This document shows, in pieces, positions 58,519-64,000 of a stretch of DNA of 64,000 nucleotides. Position numbers and translations under genes: made by a program. Numbering within the stretch: the first letter of the stretch is position 1; each line of letters begins with the position of its first letter. Under the pieces are notes generated by a model, which worked only from the letters and a program-made list of their open reading frames with translations, made no database searches and was not told where the DNA came from. Where the stretch lies: the NCBI GenBank assembly GCA_030625645.1, contig DAOUQH010000001.1:22331-86330 (forward strand), read 5' to 3'. The stretch comes from Flavobacteriia bacterium. Its GTDB lineage: Bacteria > Bacteroidota > Bacteroidia > Flavobacteriales > Flavobacteriaceae.

Positions 58519-60975
58519 ATGAAGAGATTTTTACTCCTGATTTTATTTGTCCTTTCCGGACAGGTTTCTTTTTCTCAAAAATGTACAATTTTAGATAAAG
58601 ATTCAGGTTTTCCTGTTTTTAATGTTTCTGTTACAAATGAAGACAATAGCTTAAGAGTCCTTTCGGATAAAAACGGAATTGCAGATCTTTCGGTTTTCTC
58701 AGCTATGGATATTTTGACTTTTAGTCACGTTACCTATGTTGAGTTTGAAACTCTAAAAAAACAAATAACGAAGAATGATGGAATTATTTATTTGCAAAAT
58801 TATTCCGAAATTTTAGAAGAAGTTTTTTTATCTGCTACAAAAACTGCTGAAAGTAGAACTAGAATTGCCGAGCAAGTTGCTATTTTTTCTGCAAGAGATA
58901 TTCAAAATACCAGCCCGCAAACTTCCGCCGATATGCTTTCTGATATACCCGGAATTAAAGTGCAAAAAACACAATTTGGTGGTGGTAGTCCTGTGCTTCG
59001 AGGAATGGAGGCAAATAAAGTATTACTTGTAGTTGATGGGGTTAGATTAAATAATGCAATTTATAGAAGAGGACATTTACAGAATGCAATAACGGTTAAT
59101 CCAAATTCTTTAGATCGCACCGAAGTTATTTTTGGACCTTCCTCAGTAATTTATGGTTCTGATGCTTTAGGCGGAGTAATTCACTATTATACTCGAAAAT
59201 TGCACACAAGTGACAAATTTCAAGTTAATACAGATATTTTAACCAGATTTAGCACTGTAAACGAAGAAAAAACAATTTATGGAGGTGTTGAGGTACAAAT
59301 GAAAAACCTAGCAACATTTACTTCACTTTCTTATAGTGATTTTGGGGATTTAAGAATGGGGAAAAACAGAAAACATGATTTTGAAAACTGGGGTAAACAG
59401 TATTTTTATTCTGATAATACAGATACGTATTATAATTCTAATCCTGTTGAAAATCAAAATCCTGAAAAGCAAAAAAATATTGGATTTAAGCAATATGATT
59501 TCTTACAAAAGATATTTGTTCCGTTAAGTAAAGAAGTCGAACTACTTTTCAATATGCAATATAGCACTTCATCAGATATTCCTAGATTTGATAATTTAAT
59601 GGCAATTGATGATGGAACATTAAAATATGCAGAGTGGCATTATGGTCCGCAAAACAGACTATTATTATCTACACAAATATTTTTTTCATCTAGAGAAAAA
59701 TGGTTAAATACCGGAACCATAACCTTAGCATATCAAGATATTGATGAATCGAGAATATACAGAAAATTCGATAAATTAGATAGATCATCAACATTTGAAA
59801 ATGTAAAGGTTTATAGTTTAAATGCAGATTTTTCTGTTCCTCTAAAACAAGCAGTAAATAGAAATTTGGCTTATGGTTTTGAGATGGCATACAACAAAGT
59901 AAAGTCGAGATCAAAAGGAGAAGTTTTAGAAGTAGCCGGAAACGACATTATTGGAATTTCAGATACGTATACTGTACAAACTAGATATCCAGATGGGGGA
60001 AGTGATTATTTGAGTTCGGCAATTTATTTAGATTATAGACAAGATTTATCTAAAAAATCTACACTCAACAGTGGAATAAGATTAACAAATACAAATCTAA
60101 ATGCAAAATGGATTGATGAAACATTTATGACTTTACCAGATAATGATATTCATTTGCAGAATACTGCCGTAAATTTAACTTTTGGCTATGCACATAAACC
60201 AAATAAAAACTGGCAATTGAATACTGTTTTTTCTTCTGGATTTAGATCACCAAATATTGATGATATTGGTAAGGTAAGAGAAAAAAGAGGAAAAGTAACT
60301 GTACCAAATGTAGATTTGAATCCAGAGTTTGCTTATAATGCGGAGTTTGGAGTTTTACGTTTTTTTAAAGATAAAAACTACTTGTTTAATTTTACGGTTT
60401 ATTATACTTTGCTCGACAATTATATTTATCGAGACCCCTTTATTCTTAATGGAAATTCGACCATTATTTGGGACGGAGAGGAATATGAGATGATTGCAAA
60501 TGTTAATAAAGGCACAGCGTATATTACAGGAGGAACTTTTATTTATAAGGGAAATATTACCAATACGTTAAAGACCAGAGCATCTCTTACTTATACACAT
60601 GGTAAAACATATGATACTAATGAACCTCTTTCGTCAATACCTCCTCTTTTTGGAAATTTTGAAATTGCATATTCAAAAAATAAATTAGAAACTGGTTTAA
60701 ATCTGGTATATAACGGAAGAAAAAAACTAGAAGATTATAATATTCCTGAAGGAATTGATAATATTGAAGAAACGCCTTTTCTAAAAGATAAAAATGAATA
60801 TTATGGTTCACCTTCTTGGGAAACCTTAAACTTTTTTTCAAAATATAAAGTAACCAAAAATATCGATTTTCTTTTTGCAGTAGATAATATTTTCGATCAA
60901 CATTATAAGCAGTTTGCTTCAGGAATAAGTGCCCCTGGACGAAATTTTTCATTTTCTGTTTTGGCTGGATTTTAA
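58519..60975 (+). CDS. TonB-dependent receptor (plug + barrel)
   Basis: GGGSPVLRG, VDGVRLNNA, GPSSVIYGSDALGG, FRSPN, NIFD..Y, PGRNF, terminal F. Confidence 0.92.
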   Translation: MKRFLLLILFVLSGQVSFSQKCTILDKDSGFPVFNVSVTNEDNSLRVLSDKNGIADLSVFSAMDILTFSHVTYVEFETLKKQITKNDGIIYLQNYSEILEEVFLSATKTAESRTRIAEQVAIFSARDIQNTSPQTSADMLSDIPGIKVQKTQFGGGSPVLRGMEANKVLLVVDGVRLNNAIYRRGHLQNAITVNPNSLDRTEVIFGPSSVIYGSDALGGVIHYYTRKLHTSDKFQVNTDILTRFSTVNEEKTIYGGVEVQMKNLATFTSLSYSDFGDLRMGKNRKHDFENWGKQYFYSDNTDTYYNSNPVENQNPEKQKNIGFKQYDFLQKIFVPLSKEVELLFNMQYSTSSDIPRFDNLMAIDDGTLKYAEWHYGPQNRLLLSTQIFFSSREKWLNTGTITLAYQDIDESRIYRKFDKLDRSSTFENVKVYSLNADFSVPLKQAVNRNLAYGFEMAYNKVKSRSKGEVLEVAGNDIIGISDTYTVQTRYPDGGSDYLSSAIYLDYRQDLSKKSTLNSGIRLTNTNLNAKWIDETFMTLPDNDIHLQNTAVNLTFGYAHKPNKNWQLNTVFSSGFRSPNIDDIGKVREKRGKVTVPNVDLNPEFAYNAEFGVLRFFKDKNYLFNFTVYYTLLDNYIYRDPFILNGNSTIIWDGEEYEMIANVNKGTAYITGGTFIYKGNITNTLKTRASLTYTHGKTYDTNEPLSSIPPLFGNFEIAYSKNKLETGLNLVYNGRKKLEDYNIPEGIDNIEETPFLKDKNEYYGSPSWETLNFFSKYKVTKNIDFLFAVDNIFDQHYKQFASGISAPGRNFSFSVLAGF

Positions 60976-61029
60976 TTGTTTTGGCGCAAATTATTTGAAA
61001 ACATTACCTTTGCTTCCAAATTTCAGAAT

Positions 61030-62343
61030 TTGTTACAAAAGTTTCAAGCACATATACAACAAGACTTCTCTTTTTTAAAGGATAAAAAAATACTATTAGC
61101 TATTTCAGGAGGTGTTGATAGTGTTGTTTTGGCAGATTTGTTTTATAAATCAGATTTTAATTTTGCCTTTGCTCATTGTAATTTTCGCTTGCGCGGAAGC
61201 GAATCTGATAAGGATGAAATTTTTGTAAAAGAGATAGCAAAAAAAATGGGAATAGCTTGTTTTGTTATTCACTTTGATACTAAAAAATATGCTGAAGATA
61301 ATAATATTTCCATCCAAATGGCAGCAAGAGATTTACGGTATAATTGGTTTGAAGAAATAAGTATTAAAAATAAATTTGACTATATAGCTACAGCACATCA
61401 TGCTGATGATAATCTCGAAACTTTTTTAATCAATTTAACTCGCGGAACAGGATTAGATGGTTTAACGGGTATTCCTAATATTAATAATAATATTGTTCGA
61501 CCGCTCTTACCTTTTTCACGAAATGAAATTGAGAATTATGCTAAAATAAATAATTTGAATTGGCGAGAAGATTCAAGTAATTCTGAAATAAAATACCTTA
61601 GAAATAAGCTAAGACATGATGTGATCCCGACATTAAAAGAGTTAAATCCAGCCTTGTTGAGTTCTTTTTCGCAAACGATAGATCATCTAAAAGGAGCAAG
61701 GCAAATTATTGACGACAGAATTGAAGATATTCAAAAAGATATTGTAGAAAATAAAGAAGAAATAATTCGGTTTGATATTCAAAAGCTTAAAAAACTAAAA
61801 AATTTAAGAGCATATTTGTTTGAGCTTTTAAAAAATTATGGTTTTACAGAATGGAATGATATTACTGATTTAATTTCATCCCAATCAGGAAAACAAGTTT
61901 TTTCTAAGACACATCGCTTACTAAAAGACAGAGATTTTTTAATTTTAAGTAGGGGAAAAGAGGAGGCAATTCGTTTATATAACAATGAGATTGAAAATAA
62001 TCAAGAATTAAAAATTAAGACAGAAGAAATTAAAAAGAAAGACCTTGGAGATTTTAAAAATTCAGATAAAAATAATATTTACGTTGATAAAGATTTGTTA
62101 AAATTACCTCTACATGTAAGAAGATGGAAAAATGGAGACTATTTTTACCCAATCGGAATGAAAGGGAGGAAAAAATTGAGCAAATATTTTAAAGATGAAA
62201 AACTTTCACTTATAGAAAAAGAAAATATTTGGTTACTTTGTTCTAATAATGACATAATTTGGGTAGTTGGAAAACGAGCCGATGAAAGATTTAAAATTAC
62301 CGATAAAACAAAAAAAATATTAAAAATTGAAATAGAAAAATGA
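61030..62343 (+). CDS. tilS: tRNA(Ile)-lysidine synthetase
   Basis: AISGGVDS, AARDLRY, TAHHADD, RPLL, EDSSN, RNKLRH; start set at TTG 61030, after -7 TACCTTTG (61005-61012). Confidence 0.96.
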   Translation: MLQKFQAHIQQDFSFLKDKKILLAISGGVDSVVLADLFYKSDFNFAFAHCNFRLRGSESDKDEIFVKEIAKKMGIACFVIHFDTKKYAEDNNISIQMAARDLRYNWFEEISIKNKFDYIATAHHADDNLETFLINLTRGTGLDGLTGIPNINNNIVRPLLPFSRNEIENYAKINNLNWREDSSNSEIKYLRNKLRHDVIPTLKELNPALLSSFSQTIDHLKGARQIIDDRIEDIQKDIVENKEEIIRFDIQKLKKLKNLRAYLFELLKNYGFTEWNDITDLISSQSGKQVFSKTHRLLKDRDFLILSRGKEEAIRLYNNEIENNQELKIKTEEIKKKDLGDFKNSDKNNIYVDKDLLKLPLHVRRWKNGDYFYPIGMKGRKKLSKYFKDEKLSLIEKENIWLLCSNNDIIWVVGKRADERFKITDKTKKILKIEIEK

Positions 62344-64000
62344 AGAAATTTATTCAAATAATAACATTATTCTTAGTTTTTGCTTTTCAGGCAAATGCAC
62401 AAATTCACGATCCTGTAAAGTGGAAAACTTCTATAGATAATATTTCAGAAGATGAACTTAATTTGGTTATAACAGCTACTATTGAAGAAAACTGGCATTT
62501 ATATTCACAAAAGGTACCAGAAGATGGTCCGTTACCAACCGTATTTACCTTTGAAGAGTCACAAGATTATGAATTAGTTGGAAAAACCCAAGAAGGAGAA
62601 GGACATGAATCTTTTGATGAAGTTTTTGAAATGGATATTAAATATTTTGAAAACAATGCAGTTTTTAAACAACGAATAAAGCTTAAAAATAAAGAACAAC
62701 TTACAGTAAACGGAGCCGTTGAGTTTATGGTTTGTGATGATGCTCATTGTGTTCCAAATGAAGCTGATCTATCTTTTGAAATAAGTCAAGTAGGAAAAAG
62801 AATAAAGCAAAAGGATAATAGTTTTCTCCAAAACACAATAGTCATCCCTTCAGAACAATCTAAAAAGGATATTAATTCCACAAAAATTAAAACTTCAAAC
62901 TCTGAATCCAACTCCAGTAATATTCCCAATAAATCAGAAAACAAAAGCCTTTGGACACTTTTTATTCTTAGCTTTTTTGCAGGATTTGCAGCATTGCTGA
63001 CCCCTTGTGTTTTCCCTATGATACCAATGACGGTTAGCTTTTTCACAAAACAAAGTAAAAATAAAGCGATAGGAATTAGAAATGCAATTATTTATGGAGT
63101 TTCTATCATCGTATTATATGTTTTACTCGGCACGGTAATTACTGCAATTTTTGGAGCAGATTCACTCAATGCACTTTCAACCAATGTTTGGTTTAATATA
63201 ATTTTCTTCCTTTTATTGGTGGTTTTTGCAGTTTCCTTTTTGGGAGCTTTCGAAATTACTTTGCCAAGTAAATGGAGTACAAAAGTAGATTCACAGGCAG
63301 ATAGAGGAGGTTTGATAGGTATATTTTTTATGGCTCTTGCCTTGGCTATTGTTTCATTTTCTTGTACAGGTCCAATTGTTGGTACGGCATTAGTTGCAGC
63401 GGCAGCTCAAGGTGGAATTGCACCAGTAATAAGTATGTTTGGATTTTCACTAGCAATAGCATTACCGTTTGCATTATTTGCAGCTTTCCCAGGATGGTTA
63501 AATTCTTTACCAAAATCAGGCGGTTGGTTAAATACAGTAAAAGTAGTTTTAGGATTTTTAGAACTTGCACTTGCATTCAAATTTTTATCAAATGCCGATT
63601 TGGTTTTACAGGCACACTGGTTAGAAAGAGAAGTATTTTTAGCAATTTGGATTACTATTTTTGGAGCTTTAGCACTTTACCTTTTCGGAAAGATAAAATT
63701 ACCACATGATTCTGATCTATCACATATATCAGTAGGAAGATTAAGTTTGGCTTTGCTGGTTACAGCATTTACCATTTATTTAGTTCCTGGACTTTGGGGA
63801 GCACCTTTAAAAATAATAAGTGGTTTTCCGCCACCAATGCATTATAGTGAATCACCTTACGGAGTTGGTTTTACCAAAATAGGTGGGGGAGCAACATCAG
63901 ATAATGAAATTCCGATGGGAGCACATTTAGGACCACACGATATTATTTCTTTTCATGATTATGAAACGGGTATGGCTTACGCCAAAAAGGTTAAAAAACC
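62340..64000 (+). CDS. dsbD: Thiol:disulfide interchange protein DsbD (partial, runs off window end)
   Basis: Manual translation from ATG 62340 (ATGA overlap with tilS): WHLYSQ, VCDDAHC, LLTPCVFPMIP, FSCTGPIVG, LPKSGGWL. Confidence 0.92.
   Translation, partial: MKKFIQIITLFLVFAFQANAQIHDPVKWKTSIDNISEDELNLVITATIEENWHLYSQKVPEDGPLPTVFTFEESQDYELVGKTQEGEGHESFDEVFEMDIKYFENNAVFKQRIKLKNKEQLTVNGAVEFMVCDDAHCVPNEADLSFEISQVGKRIKQKDNSFLQNTIVIPSEQSKKDINSTKIKTSNSESNSSNIPNKSENKSLWTLFILSFFAGFAALLTPCVFPMIPMTVSFFTKQSKNKAIGIRNAIIYGVSIIVLYVLLGTVITAIFGADSLNALSTNVWFNIIFFLLLVVFAVSFLGAFEITLPSKWSTKVDSQADRGGLIGIFFMALALAIVSFSCTGPIVGTALVAAAAQGGIAPVISMFGFSLAIALPFALFAAFPGWLNSLPKSGGWLNTVKVVLGFLELALAFKFLSNADLVLQAHWLEREVFLAIWITIFGALALYLFGKIKLPHDSDLSHISVGRLSLALLVTAFTIYLVPGLWGAPLKIISGFPPPMHYSESPYGVGFTKIGGGATSDNEIPMGAHLGPHDIISFHDYETGMAYAKKVKK

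Noticed and set aside
60976-61029. N-terminal extension of TilS in the ORF track
   Set aside because: It contains the -7 promoter element TACCTTTG; the real start is more plausibly TTG at 61030. The same logic applies to the over-extended starts of dcp, hypC, hoxF and hemD.
1171-63709. Numerous 60-140-aa ORFs in the ORF track overlapping larger genes (e.g. 13629-14045, 19821-20150, 37719-38096, 62786-63046, 63362-63709)
   Set aside because: They are antisense or out-of-frame shadows of well-supported genes with no motifs; the last ones lie inside the partial dsbD.

Overview
AT-rich bacterial chromosome segment that reads as Bacteroidota/Flavobacteriaceae: TAnnTTTG -7 promoters, SusC/SusD, T9SS PorZ and C-terminal domains, and Bacteroidota-type purF, DUF4271 and DUF3078. 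Most of it is housekeeping (surE, lpxB, radA, hflX, recA, hemD, ahcY, purF, sufE, recJ, recO, tilS, dsbD). Three parts stand out. (1) A dual [NiFe]-hydrogenase locus at 18.4-31.5 kb. It has an NAD-linked Hox-type enzyme whose HoxU and HoxY are fused in one ORF, and a divergent membrane-bound Tat/cytochrome b uptake enzyme lacking the O2-tolerance cysteines. The hyp genes are scattered and share a candidate FNR/CRP-like box. (2) A lone HUH (Y1) tyrosine transposase-like gene directly preceded by four ~210-bp tandem units, each made of four short REP-like hairpins and one invariant 15-mer. This is the best candidate for an under-described system. (3) An orphan cluster of 15-16-bp inverted repeats after susD. 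I saw no rRNA, tRNA or CRISPR array. All calls come from reading motifs by eye; no searches were run.
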